A stretch of 64,000 nucleotides of DNA from an uncultured Acidobacteriota bacterium (lineage in GTDB: Bacteria; Acidobacteriota; Vicinamibacteria; Vicinamibacterales; 2-12-FULL-66-21). Under the pieces are notes generated by a model. It did not search any database. It was not told the DNA's origin and saw only the letters and a program-made list of their open reading frames with translations. The DNA lies in contig CAVOPH010000016.1 of NCBI GenBank assembly GCA_963697775.1, forward strand, positions 25,190 through 89,189, given 5' to 3'. Positions within the stretch are counted from its first letter, which is position 1. Each line of letters opens with the position of its first letter. Of this stretch, positions 30,687 to 40,479 are shown one piece after another. Made by a program: the position numbers and the translations under genes.

Positions 30687-30884
30687 GTGAACACACCAGC
30701 CACCCGACACATCGCGACCGAGTGCGAGCAGATGCGTGCACGTCTTGACGCGGCCAACCAAGAAAATGAGGTGCTCAAAGCGTTGATCGACATGCAGTTC
30801 CTGCGGATTTACCGCTATCCGCTGGCAACCCTTTCCACGGGCACACTCGCCGAACGGCAGGCGCAGCTGGCGGCTTTTCCCTAG
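30687..30884 (+). CDS. Possible small hypothetical protein
   Basis: 65-aa ORF with GAGG upstream in a long spacer; helical appearance only. Confidence 0.3.
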   Translation: MNTPATRHIATECEQMRARLDAANQENEVLKALIDMQFLRIYRYPLATLSTGTLAERQAQLAAFP

Positions 30885-30960
30885 AATCACCGTTTCGCCT
30901 CGGAAGGAATGCTTGGGCATTCTGAGGTTCTGGCGGCGTGGCTGTTGGGGAGGAAACAAC

Positions 30961-31383
30961 ATGAGACGGCTTGTTGCGCTTGCCTTGGCGTTGTCACTCG
31001 TGGGCTCCAGTGCGCTGTCGGCACAGAAGCCGAAGAATCAGAAAGCGAAGTCGCAGGAGACCCACGGGACCGTCGTCTTCAGCGACACTCAACGGGAAGC
31101 CGCTCGCTCCTACTTCGTCACGCAACACGGCCGAGGCAACTGCCCCCCTGGCTTGGCCAAGAAGAACAACGGGTGCCTGCCTCCGGGACAGGCGAAGAAG
31201 CGCTACGTCGTTGGCCACTCGCTGCCGCACGGGATTGTTGTCGGGGAGCTTCCGCTGGAACTATCTGTGAGGATAGGACCCGCTCCCGCGGGTTATCGAT
31301 ACGGGATTCTCGACGGAGATCTGGTGAAGCTTGCGCTTGGGACCATGCTTGTGGTGGACGCAATCGAGGGCTTGGTCCGGTAG
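30961..31383 (+). CDS. Secreted CPPGLAKK-motif protein (RcnB-like)
   Basis: GGAGG SD, signal peptide, CPPGLAKKNNGCLPPGQAKK, PAGYRY..DGDLV. Confidence 0.75.
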   Translation: MRRLVALALALSLVGSSALSAQKPKNQKAKSQETHGTVVFSDTQREAARSYFVTQHGRGNCPPGLAKKNNGCLPPGQAKKRYVVGHSLPHGIVVGELPLELSVRIGPAPAGYRYGILDGDLVKLALGTMLVVDAIEGLVR

Positions 31384-31539
31384 CGTTCGTTGGGTGCGAG
31401 CGTGAACGCCGCTCAACAAAGGGTGAAGCTGACGAGGCCCGAACCGATCGCACAGGAAAGCTTGCGTTCCCCTCCCTGCTGAGCCAGACTGTCGCTGCTT
31501 CAATACCGAAGCAGCTCCCATCAATTAGAAAAGGTGCGC

Positions 31540-32010
31540 ATGGTGAAAACGAAACACCTGTTTGTGTCGGCGATCGTCTTCGGCCTGATCAGCGGCGCGG
31601 CTCTCGCGCAGTCCAAGGATTCGCTGGTTGGCACGTGGAAACTGAACGCCGCGAAATCGACGGGCCTGACTTACAAGAGTGGCACCAGCAAAATCGAGCT
31701 CGCCGGCGCAGGCGTCAAGTTTACCGTTGATCTCGTTGGTGCGGATGGCAAGGTCAATAAGTGGGCGTTCACCGCCAACTTCGACGGAAAGGACAATCCC
31801 GTCTCCGGTAGCAGTCCATACGGCGATGCGGTGGCTTTAGAGCGCGTCGACGCAAACACGACACGCATCATCAGCAAACTCGCCGGGAAAGTCATGACCA
31901 CTCAGACCATCGTCGTGTCCGCCGATGGGAAGACACGGACGACGACCACCAAGGGCATGGACGCGAAAGGCCAGAAAGTCGACACCGTCTCGTTCTACGA
32001 GAAGCAGTGA
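31540..32010 (+). CDS. Secreted lipocalin-like beta-barrel protein
   Basis: Signal peptide, LVGTWKLNAAKS, VSADGKT, FYEKQ end. Confidence 0.75.
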   Translation: MVKTKHLFVSAIVFGLISGAALAQSKDSLVGTWKLNAAKSTGLTYKSGTSKIELAGAGVKFTVDLVGADGKVNKWAFTANFDGKDNPVSGSSPYGDAVALERVDANTTRIISKLAGKVMTTQTIVVSADGKTRTTTTKGMDAKGQKVDTVSFYEKQ

Positions 32011-32123
32011 TCGGTCCGCGGCGGTCCGGGCAGTGAGGCTAACCGTAAGCACGGTAGTCGCTGCCCGGATCGCCGCGGCAGTCCCGGCACTGACGCTCGA
32101 ACCAGCCGGTTTGCCCGCCTGAC

Positions 32124-33258
32124 CTACATCGACATCGATGCGCCCCAGCCGAAAAGCTGATCGTCGGTCACGGCCAGCACGATGTCATTGACACCGGCGC
32201 GCTAGCGGGAGCCACACGCGCTCGAAGCGCGGATCGACGAAGCTCGCAAATCCCGGCGCGCGACTCTCCCATCCGTTGACGCCCGAATACACGGGCTCAC
32301 CATTCACGAAGACCGTCACGTCGTCGCTGTACCCAATGCCGGCCGGCAGGCGCCTGGCGGACGATGCGCGTGACGCGTCGTGCGGAGGAAGGCGGTGAAT
32401 CGGCCTTGCTGCGGCTTCGCGGGAAAGAGCCGGTTGAGGTTCACGAGTCCGGATTCCTCGGTGGCAACGGCGATCCACTTCAGATCTGCGGGCACCGCAT
32501 CGACCGGACGCGACAGCTGCCGGCAACGGTCCCGCGACCTCCCAGTTGGTCACGAATCCCGGCGGCGGTGGCGCGGGCTCAGTCCGAGGCAGCGATGTCG
32601 CTGCCGGTCTGATGCTGATGTTCGAGAGCGCCGCGGCCCACTCCCCCGGCCGATTGTTGACCCGCGCCCAGAACCCGACCTCGCCGCTCGTCGATGCGTG
32701 TCTCAGTCGCGGCACGCTGAGCGTCGGCTTCGTCGTCTCGCCGACGAACACGTCCAGCTTCGACCCGCGGATTTCGACGCGAACGTGCGTCCACTGATTG
32801 CGCGGCCAGCGCGCCGGCGCGGTGAATTCGGGATAGAGCTGCCAGGTCGAGCTGCCGTTGGTGCGCGGCGCGTACTGGATCGCCATGAATTCGCCCGAGC
32901 GCGCAGGCCGGATGTAGATGTTCTCGTGATTGGTCTGCGACTCACGCCGGAACGTAATGCCGATGAAGTCGCCGGAGTCCATCGGCGCGACGTCAAGCTC
33001 GATGGTCCCGTCCGCAAGAATGAATCCGTGGCGCCGCGCGTGCGTGTTGTTCTTGAGCCACAGCGCCTGTCGGCCGAGGAACGAATCGACCTTGATGTCG
33101 CTCTCGCGTCCGGGGTCGACCTGCCAGTCGCTGAGACGCTCTGCCAGTTCGGTCGACTGTACCGGATTGGTCAACGGCGATGAACGTCCGAGCGGATGGA
33201 CGATGGCGCTCGCAGAGACCATCAGCGCGAGGGCGGCGAGAGTCTGGTACCGGGACAT
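32124..33258 (-). CDS. Secreted beta-sandwich (DUF1080/ConA-like) protein; indels, end approximate
   Basis: GGAGG SD, signal peptide, DGTIELDV, ENIYIRP, WTHVRVEI. Confidence 0.6.
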
Positions 33259-33480
33259 GGCGGCTCCTCCGCGGACGTCTGGTCCGATCCGCAACCCGAG
33301 AGCCGCCACAAAAACGAAGAGCGGAACCTCGGGCCGTGAGTCGGCCAGGGGCTCCGCTTCTTGCACAACGCGAATGCACCTTCAGGTCGAAGGCCCCTAT
33401 CCGCGTTGCGGTCGAATGAACTCCTTTCAGGATAACACGCGCCGGTGCTTCAGCCGTTCGTTTCGCGGTATCCTCTGCGG

Positions 33481-34439
33481 ATGCCCAGCAACGTCATCGC
33501 CACCACGGATCTCGCGGGTGTTTTCGCCGTGCCGCCGTTGCCGCGGCGATACCGGCACCCGCCGCACGATTGATTTCGACGCCGCCGAGTCGGTGGCCAA
33601 GCACATCGAGGACGGCGGCATCACTCGCTACCTCTATGGCGGCAACGCGTTTCTCTACCACATCACACTCGATGAGTACGAGACGTTACTGGGCTGGCTC
33701 GATGGGTTCGACGCGTCTCGATGGCCGATTCCGAGTGTCGGACCGTCGTTCGGCCGTGCCATCGATCAGGCGAAGCTTCTTCGACGCTACTCGTTCCGAA
33801 CAGTGATGGTGCTGCCCTGCAACGATCCGCGCGACGCGCTGGGGATGGAAGCAGGCCTGCGCGAAATCGCCGACGCCTGTGGTGTGCCGCTGATCCTCTA
33901 TTTGAAGTCGGAGGACGGATTCGGCGCCGACAAGGATGCCGGTCTCGACGCCGTCGGACGTCTCGTCAACGACGGAGTGGCTGTCGCGATCAAGTACGCC
34001 GTCGTTCTCGACGATCCACTGAGCGATCCGTATCTCGAAGGCCTGCTGCGCCGCGTCGATCGACAGCGCGTCGTCAGCGGCATGGGAGAACGTCCAGCCA
34101 TCGTTCACATGCGCGACTTCGGGTTGCCGGGCTTCACCACGGGCTCGGGGTGCATCGCGTCGCGTGCGTGCAGCATGATGTTCGAGGCATGCGTCCAGAA
34201 GGATTGGATCCCGAGCCGAGGAGCTGCGAGCCGAGTTCATGCCGCTCGAGGATCTTCGCGACGCATGGGGGCCCGCGCGCGTGCTGCATCATGCGACCGA
34301 ACTCGCCGGCATCGCGACGACGGGACCGATTCCACCCTACGTTTCGCTCTTGTCTGACAAGAAGGTGCAGGAGCTCGCACCGGTGGCCCGAGCGCTCCGC
34401 GAACGCGACGCGCTCGTTACGACGGCGCCATCACGTTAA
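33481..34439 (+). CDS. Dihydrodipicolinate synthase (DapA)-family aldolase/dehydratase; indels
   Basis: GVFAVPPL, YGGNAFLY, PLILYLK, AIKYAV Schiff-base Lys, FTTGSG. Confidence 0.8.
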
Positions 34440-35084
34440 TGTCCGCACTCTCGAGCACGCGCTTCGGCGCGCCCTGACGGGCAACCATCAACATCGCGCG
34501 GCCGAACTGTTCAGTGGTGAGAATCTGGCCTGGCGCCACGCGCGCAGAAGCGGCAGCAGCGGTTTCGTCATCACGTACAGCACGCGATAGGCAGCGGTGC
34601 GTGATCGCTCGCCGTGCATCGGCTGGACCACTCCCGGCCGGAACGCAAATGACGCCTTGAACGGAAGCTGGAGGATCGCGTTTTCGGTCTTTCCCTTCAC
34701 CCTCGCCCACATCAACCGACCCTGCTCGGTGCTGTCGGCGCCCGCGCCCGACACAAAGACGAACGTCATGTCGGGATTCAAGCGGCACAGCGTTTCGGCC
34801 GCCGCGATCGTGATTCCGTAGGTGACGCGCGTGTAGTCCGCTTCCGACATTCCGGCGGACGTGACACCCAGGCAGAAGAAGCACGCGTCGAATCCGCGCA
34901 GCTGTTCCTCGATGGCCGAGTAGTTCCACAGATCAGCGTGGACAAGGTCCTGCAGCTTGGCATTCTGGACGCCGGTCGCACTCCTGCCAATCGACAGGAC
35001 ACGATTGACGTCAGGAGCCAGCAGGCACTCACGCAGGACACCCTGCCCGATCATTCCGGTCGCCCCGAAGAGCAGTACGTTCAT
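34417..35084 (-). CDS. NAD(P)-binding epimerase/oxidoreductase (TIP30/YraR-like); indel near the 3' end
   Basis: LFGATGMIG, FFCLGV, ARVKGKTEN, FRPG. Confidence 0.85.
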
Positions 35085-35103
35085 GTCAGATGCCTGATCC
35101 TCG

Positions 35104-36327
35104 TCACCAGGTTCCTTTCTTGCCTCCGATCCACCACACCGCGCCGACGAGCGCGGTCGTCTGGCCGCGCTTCAGCACGTCGGTCGAACGGCTCGGAAAA
35201 AAGCTGGTGTCACTGGAGTCATGACGAAGTTCGCCGCGGATCAAGAATCCCTCGGCCACCTTGTGCTCGGCGGTGAGCGTGACTTCCTGGAGACCTTGAG
35301 AAACTCCGCCGAACAGTCCGCCGCTGTCGTCAAGGTACTCGTACCGCAGCGCGAAGCGCGCGGCAGCGAGCGGCTGATACCGTGCGTAGGCGGCAAAGCC
35401 GGTGAGCGTGGAGTTGGGATTGCCTTCCTGGAGCTGATTCGACGTGTGGTTCGCGTCAGCTCCCAGCGATACCCGGCTGGTTGGTGTGTAGGTGACGTAG
35501 GTGTCGAAAATGTGCAGCCACCCGTCGGGCCCGTCAGCCGCGCCGCCGTCAGGCTGTTCCTGGCCGAGGTAGTAGTTGATCGTCCAGCTGACGTTCTTCG
35601 ACGGTGTCACGACCGCGGCAAACTGGTGGGACTTGAACTCGTTGAAGTCCTCCGTCTGCTGCACGCCGTTGGTGAGCATGTACAACACGGTGATCCGATC
35701 GGTCAGCGTCACCTGGGTCCGGAGACCCGAGTGGTAGCCGGGAAGGAAGGCAAAGAGGAGCGACCGGGAGAAATGGTCGTCGTCTTTTGCGTAGTTGGTC
35801 TCGTAGCTGAAGTTCGAAGCGAACTTGCCGAAATCCACCTGCACGCGGCGCGAGCCCGGAAACACGTAAGAGCCGTACGCCTGCCACACATATCGGTATG
35901 CATCGGGCCTGGGCTCGTTGACCGACGAGCCCTGAGTGTTTTCCGTCGCCTCGCCGAACTGCAAATCGAGACGCAATCCGAAGGGCCGATTCTCTTTTCT
36001 ATCGGGCGCGCTTTCCACGACGAGCGCCGCCTGCTGGATGCCGAACGTGTTTGCGCGAGTGTCGTAAATTCGCAGAGTGTTCACGCGGTCAGGCGGCCGA
36101 TTCCAGTTGTACTCGTAGAAGCCCTCGAGCGTCGCGTTGAGGGTCCAGTGCGACAACGGATCATCCGGCTGCGCTGGATCCGCTGAGGTTTGTGCGTAGG
36201 CCGCCGGAATCGGAACCGCCAGGAAGCCGATGCTGACCGCCAGACCAGCTACTCTGAGGTAACGGAGTTCACAACGGAGGAACGAAGATAACGGAGACGA
36301 ACGGAAAAGATGCTCGCGGACGAGCAC
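35104..36327 (-). CDS. Putative outer-membrane beta-barrel porin (OmpL/BBP2-like); start uncertain
   Basis: Signal ending AAYAQ, FYEYNWNRP, DFGKF, LRYEYLDD, RGELRHD, C-terminal Trp. Confidence 0.8.
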   Translation of the reverse strand: MLVREHLFRSSPLSSFLRCELRYLRVAGLAVSIGFLAVPIPAAYAQTSADPAQPDDPLSHWTLNATLEGFYEYNWNRPPDRVNTLRIYDTRANTFGIQQAALVVESAPDRKENRPFGLRLDLQFGEATENTQGSSVNEPRPDAYRYVWQAYGSYVFPGSRRVQVDFGKFASNFSYETNYAKDDDHFSRSLLFAFLPGYHSGLRTQVTLTDRITVLYMLTNGVQQTEDFNEFKSHQFAAVVTPSKNVSWTINYYLGQEQPDGGAADGPDGWLHIFDTYVTYTPTSRVSLGADANHTSNQLQEGNPNSTLTGFAAYARYQPLAAARFALRYEYLDDSGGLFGGVSQGLQEVTLTAEHKVAEGFLIRGELRHDSSDTSFFPSRSTDVLKRGQTTALVGAVWWIGGKKGTW

Positions 36328-36379
36328 TTTTATCTTCGTTCGTCTCCGTTTGCTCCGTTCCTTCGTTGTGAACTCCGTT
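36261..36379. repeat. Imperfect palindrome of about 120 bp built of AACGGAG units
   Basis: aacggagttcacaacg (36261-36276) pairs exactly with cgttgtgaactccgtt (36364-36379); apex tgctcg-cgga-cgagca. Confidence 0.8.
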
Positions 36380-36562
36380 TCTCTGCTCAGTTCCGTTATC
36401 TCTCCGGGCAAATCCGATCGAGGGACTGAACGTGGCCGGAAAAAGCGTCGAGCGAGGGATGAGCAGTCCCCGGCGCGAATTGTCTCATTGTCGGCCGTAA
36501 ATGCATACACGAGTCGATTGACATAAGCTCGGAGAAAGGCGCAGGACGAGTCATTGCATCCC

Positions 36563-37519
36563 ATGACACATCATCACTCGGGCCATGGCCATCACCATTC
36601 CCACGGCCATGGCTCGGCGAGCGTGTCCAACCGAGTGCTGGGCGCCGCCGTCGCGGCGACGCTGGCATTCGTCATCGTCGAAGCGATTTCTGGCTGGATG
36701 GGTAACAGCCTGGCGCTGCTGTCCGACGCGGGGCACAACCTGGCGGATGTGGCGGCCCTGGGGCTCAGCTGGTATGCGCTCTGGATTGCCAGAAAGCCAT
36801 CGCATCAGGCGATGACGTTCGGGTATCACCGCGTCGGCGTGTTCGCCGCCCTCCTGAACGCCCTGTCGCTGGTAGTCATCGCGGCCTGGATTGGGTGGGA
36901 AGCGATCATCCGATTCCGTCATCCAGAGCCCGCGAGCGGCGGCCTGATGATAGGCGTGGCCGCTGCGGGGCTGGTGGTCAACACGGTCATTGGCTTGGGC
37001 CTGCGCCGTGCCTCGAAGCACGACATCAACGTCCGCAGCGCCTACCTGCACATGATGGGAGACGCGGTGTCTGCCCTCGGCGTCATGATCGCCGGCGTCC
37101 TGGTGGCGACTGCTCACATGCCCTTGGCCGACCCGATCGTGTCCCTCTTGATCGCGGCGTTGATTCTTTACAGCAGCTACGACGTGCTCAGGGAGAGTGC
37201 GGCGGTCCTGCTCGAAGGCACGCCCGCGGGCATGAACATGCCCGCGCTCATAGCGGCAATCAGAGGCGTCAGAGGCGTCCTCGATGTGCACGATCTACAC
37301 GTGTGGATGGTGGGCCCCGGTGTCATCGCCTGCAGCTGCCACATTGTCGTCGCCGAGCAGAGCATCCGAGAGGGACAGCAGGTGCTGCGAGCGGTCGTCC
37401 ATGACGTCGAACGCCTGTTTCACATCACCCATACGACGGTTCAGGTCGAAGTCGAAGGATGTGATGTAGACGACATGTACTGTGTGGCGTCACGGGTTGC
37501 CAGCGGACCACGGGCCTGA
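36563..37519 (+). CDS. Cation diffusion facilitator (CzcD/ZitB-like)
   Basis: His-rich N-terminus, SLALLSDAGHNLAD, TFGYHR, AYLHMMGD, HDLHVW, HTTVQVE. Confidence 0.93.
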   Translation: MTHHHSGHGHHHSHGHGSASVSNRVLGAAVAATLAFVIVEAISGWMGNSLALLSDAGHNLADVAALGLSWYALWIARKPSHQAMTFGYHRVGVFAALLNALSLVVIAAWIGWEAIIRFRHPEPASGGLMIGVAAAGLVVNTVIGLGLRRASKHDINVRSAYLHMMGDAVSALGVMIAGVLVATAHMPLADPIVSLLIAALILYSSYDVLRESAAVLLEGTPAGMNMPALIAAIRGVRGVLDVHDLHVWMVGPGVIACSCHIVVAEQSIREGQQVLRAVVHDVERLFHITHTTVQVEVEGCDVDDMYCVASRVASGPRA

Positions 37520-37542
37520 CAGTGTGCCATCAGCCTCGTCGG

Positions 37543-38688
37543 TCAAGGTGTTGGCTCACCAAGCGGTACGACCTGGATCGCGGCGTCGCGTACTTCCTCC
37601 AGGAACCTGTTGAGGGTCGAACCCTTCAGGAGAATTTCAAATCGGGTCCGCGCGCTCTGTCCAAAAATTACGTGCGTGATGCCCTCGCGCTGCGCGAACG
37701 CGATCAGGCCGTCCGCCGGGCGATCCGCTCTCACGCGCACTACCGTCGCGCCGAGTTCCTCGGCAAGTGCGATGTTCCGCTGCAACGCTTCCCGATCCCC
37801 AGCCCTGATCTGGCCGGGGGCTTCTCGGGGCGTCTCCACGTACACCGCGTACCACCGTGCCCCCAGCCGGCCAGCAATGCGCGCTCCCGTGCGAAGCACT
37901 CTCGGCGCATCGGCGTTGGAGCTCATGCAGACCATGACCCGTTCTGGAATGAGCGCCGGCTCGAGTCCTTCACGCTGCCGATGCGATGCCGCCTTCTCAC
38001 CCACTTCGTCGGCCACGGCGCGAAGGGCCAGTTCACGCAGCGTGGACAGGTTCGTTTCCCGGAAAAAGTTCGTGAGCGCCTGCTCGACCTTCTCGGGCTT
38101 GTAGATCTTGCCCTGCCGCAAGCGCGTACGGAGCTCCTCGACGGTGATGTCAACGTTGACGACCTCATCTGCGCGATCGAGGAATGTGTCTGGGACGGTC
38201 TCCCGAACACGCACGCCGGTCACGCGACCGACGGCATCGTTGAGCGTTTCGAGATGCTGGATGTTCACCGCCGTCATCACCCCGATGCCGGCGTCGAGGA
38301 TCTCGAACACGTCCTGATAGCGCTTTTCGTGGCGGCTGCCGGGGACGTTCGTGTGCGCGAGCTCGTCGATCATGCAGAGCGCCGGTTTTCGCGACAAGAT
38401 CGCCGCGACATCCATCTCCTCGAGGGTGACCCCGCGATAGTCGATCTTCCGGCGCGGAACGACCTCCAGGTCGCCGAGCTTCGCCTCGGTCTCCGCGCGT
38501 CCGTGGGTCTCGACGTATCCAATGACAACGTCGACGCCGTCACGCCGAAGTGCGTGGGCGTCCTCAATCATCGAATAGGTTTTGCCGACCCCGGGAGCGG
38601 CGCCGATGTAGATGCGGAGACGGGCGCGCTGGTCCGTCTGGATCTTGGCGAGCACCTGTTCGCCGGTGGGCCGGCTTCTGTCCTGCAC
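37543..38688 (-). CDS. kdpD: Stand-alone KdpD N-terminal domain + Usp domain (soluble half of a split KdpD)
   Basis: YIGAAPGVGKTY, VETHGR, DELAHTN, NIQHLE, RLRQGKIY, LRELALR, then a Usp domain; no TM or kinase. Confidence 0.93.
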   Translation of the reverse strand: MQDRSRPTGEQVLAKIQTDQRARLRIYIGAAPGVGKTYSMIEDAHALRRDGVDVVIGYVETHGRAETEAKLGDLEVVPRRKIDYRGVTLEEMDVAAILSRKPALCMIDELAHTNVPGSRHEKRYQDVFEILDAGIGVMTAVNIQHLETLNDAVGRVTGVRVRETVPDTFLDRADEVVNVDITVEELRTRLRQGKIYKPEKVEQALTNFFRETNLSTLRELALRAVADEVGEKAASHRQREGLEPALIPERVMVCMSSNADAPRVLRTGARIAGRLGARWYAVYVETPREAPGQIRAGDREALQRNIALAEELGATVVRVRADRPADGLIAFAQREGITHVIFGQSARTRFEILLKGSTLNRFLEEVRDAAIQVVPLGEPTP

Positions 38689-38725
38689 GGTTTCATCCTA
38701 GCTCGGCGTCTCAGCTCCGATACGG

Positions 38726-38767
38726 CTCTTTACGAACTCTTTATGCTTTTTTGGCTAACGGTTTAGC
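38726..38767 (+). promoter_or_regulatory. KdpE-like box A
   Basis: TTTACG-N5-TTTATG-N5-TTGGCT-N5-TTTAGC, 11-bp period. Confidence 0.65.
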
Positions 38768-38980
38768 GCTGAGGACGTTTGCCAACTCGATAGCGACGCT
38801 GATTCTTTCGGTCAATTGAATCGCGGCCGCGCGCGCTCGGAGTGCTATAGTCGCCTCACATCGAGACAGTCCGAAGTCGATCGGAACCCACCAACCGGGT
38901 TTTTCTGTCAGCCGGTTCGGTCGGGTCGGGGTTCGCCTGCGCTCCGCGCCGGAGCGTTTGGAATGAAAAAGCAGAGGACG

Positions 38981-39421
38981 ATGAAGATGCTGAAGAGAGT
39001 CTTGTTAGCCGGAGTCCTGGCCGCAGCCGTGAGCGGGACCGTCGCAGCCCAAGTGCACAAGTATTACTCGCCTGGCACGGTCTGGACCGTCACCATGATC
39101 AAAATCGCGTCCGGCATGGATCAGATGTACGTGCAGTATCTGGACGGTCAGTTCAAGAAGGGTGAGGATGCGTCGGTCAAGGCAGGGTTCCAGAAGTCGT
39201 ACAAGATCCTCCGGACGATGGACGATGGTGGTGCGTGGAACATGCTGATACTCAGGGAATATGCAAGCCTTGCCTCGCTCGAGGCAAACGAAGAGAAGGC
39301 CGATGCGCTCGCGCAGCAGGTCGAGGGCACCGACCAGGTCCAGATGCAGGGGTATCAGGACCGCAGCAAGTACCGCGAAGTCGTCGGCACCAAGTACGCG
39401 CGCGAGCTGATCCTCAAGTAG
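38981..39421 (+). CDS. Secreted hypothetical protein
   Basis: GAGG SD, signal peptide ending AAQ, biased codon use; TATAGT -10 candidate near 38846. Confidence 0.8.
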   Translation: MKMLKRVLLAGVLAAAVSGTVAAQVHKYYSPGTVWTVTMIKIASGMDQMYVQYLDGQFKKGEDASVKAGFQKSYKILRTMDDGGAWNMLILREYASLASLEANEEKADALAQQVEGTDQVQMQGYQDRSKYREVVGTKYARELILK

Positions 39422-39516
39422 CGGGTGATAGACGACGGCGGCATCCGCGCCGTCGTCGTCACCGCTCGCATCTGAATTCTTTCACCAGCGTTTTGCCGCT
39501 CACAAGAGGAACGACC

Positions 39517-39973
39517 ATGTACAACGCTGTGATAGTCGATCGGGTTGACCGCCTTCCTCCAAAGCCAGCCTGCCAGCCCGGACAAGATCGCCGTGATGTC
39601 TGTGGTGCATCAGTTCACCGATGCCTTCAACAAAGGGGACACGAAAACGGCGGCGGCCGCGTGTGCGGATCAAACGTCGATCATCGATGAATTCCCGCCC
39701 CACGAATGGCACGGCGCCGGCGGCTGTGCAAAATGGATGACCGACTACGACGCGGACGCCAAGAAGAATGGCCTCAGTGACGGACACGTCACCCTCGGTA
39801 CACCGAAGCACGTCAACGTCGTAGCGGATCGGGCCTACGTAGTCGTTCCGGCGGATTATGCGTACAAGGAAAAGGGAAAGCCTGTGAAGGAGACCGGCTC
39901 CATCTTCACGGTCGCCCTGCAGAAGGTTGTGACCGGCTGGCGCATCACCGGCTGGTCGTGGACCAAGAATTAG
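39517..39973 (+). CDS. SnoaL/NTF2-like protein; indel near the N-terminus
   Basis: FTDAFNKGD, IIDEFPPHEWHG, DRAYVVVP, GWRITGWSW; GAGGA SD before the ATG at 39517. Confidence 0.8.
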
Positions 39974-40030
39974 TCGTCAGCGCGCTCCTGCCAGCTTTCA
40001 TCCCAGCGTGCCACATTGGCGCGCCCGCGT

Positions 40031-40089
40031 CTCTTTACGAACTCTTTATGGTTTTTTGGCGAACCGTTTAGCCGTTCGAGGCTTAGCGT
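40031..40089 (+). promoter_or_regulatory. KdpE-like box B with -10 candidate TAGCGT
   Basis: TTTACG/TTTATG/TTGGCG/TTTAGC at 40034/40045/40056/40067, then N11 and TAGCGT (40084-40089). Confidence 0.65.
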
Positions 40090-40095
40090 CAGGCT

Positions 40096-40390
40096 GTGGA
40101 CAGGCCTGAAGACAGCGCTGTCAGCGCATCCGTCGAGACGGACGCGACCATCTCGCACTTCATTCCCTCGGTGGAATTGACGGGATCCCGTAACGAGAAG
40201 CTGCGGAAACTCGACACCCTGATCCTGCTATCTCGAGAAACTCCGCGCCAGCCTCGCGCGCGATACTCACAAAAGACGCCGTCCGTCGCCCGAGCGCGCA
40301 CGTCCGGTGTGGGGCTGGTTCGCGGCAGGCGTGGTGGTGGGAGCGGTCGTCGTTTTACTGTTCTTCGCCGGCGGCCGCTGGGCCTTATGA
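40096..40390 (+). CDS. Putative ~97-aa tail-anchored membrane protein (one indel near 40228)
   Basis: MDRPEDSAVSASVETDATISHFIPSVELTGSRNEKLRKLDTLIL/YLEKLRASLARDTHKRRRPSPERARPVWGWFAAGVVVGAVVVLLFFAGGRWAL*; GTG 6 nt after the -10. Confidence 0.55.
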
Positions 40391-40439
40391 CTTCTTTACG
40401 AAGTCTTGACCGCCTTCTTACGGCTGGGCGACCTACGCT
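40384..40439 (+). promoter_or_regulatory. KdpE-like box C with -10 candidate TACGCT (kdp operon promoter)
   Basis: CTTATG/TTTACG/TTGACC/CTTACG at 40384/40395/40406/40417, then N11 and TACGCT. Confidence 0.7.
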
Positions 40440-40479
40440 GAATGACAGACGAAAGGAGCCTTTTGTGGCACTGAGAGAG

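Noticed and set aside
27335..33300. Prophage or integrative element at tRNA-Ser
   Set aside because: No integrase, phage genes or duplicated tRNA 3' end seen in the window
36412..36564. Extended N-termini given in the ORF track (porin from 36564, serS from 54331, kdpC from 44607, DapA-like from 32930)
   Set aside because: They overlap neighbouring genes or promoters; motifs and SD sites support shorter starts
38850..38960. Structured RNA in the leader of the 38981 gene
   Set aside because: Some local hairpins (aaccgg/ccggtt, cgctcc/ggagcg), but no riboswitch consensus I can recognise
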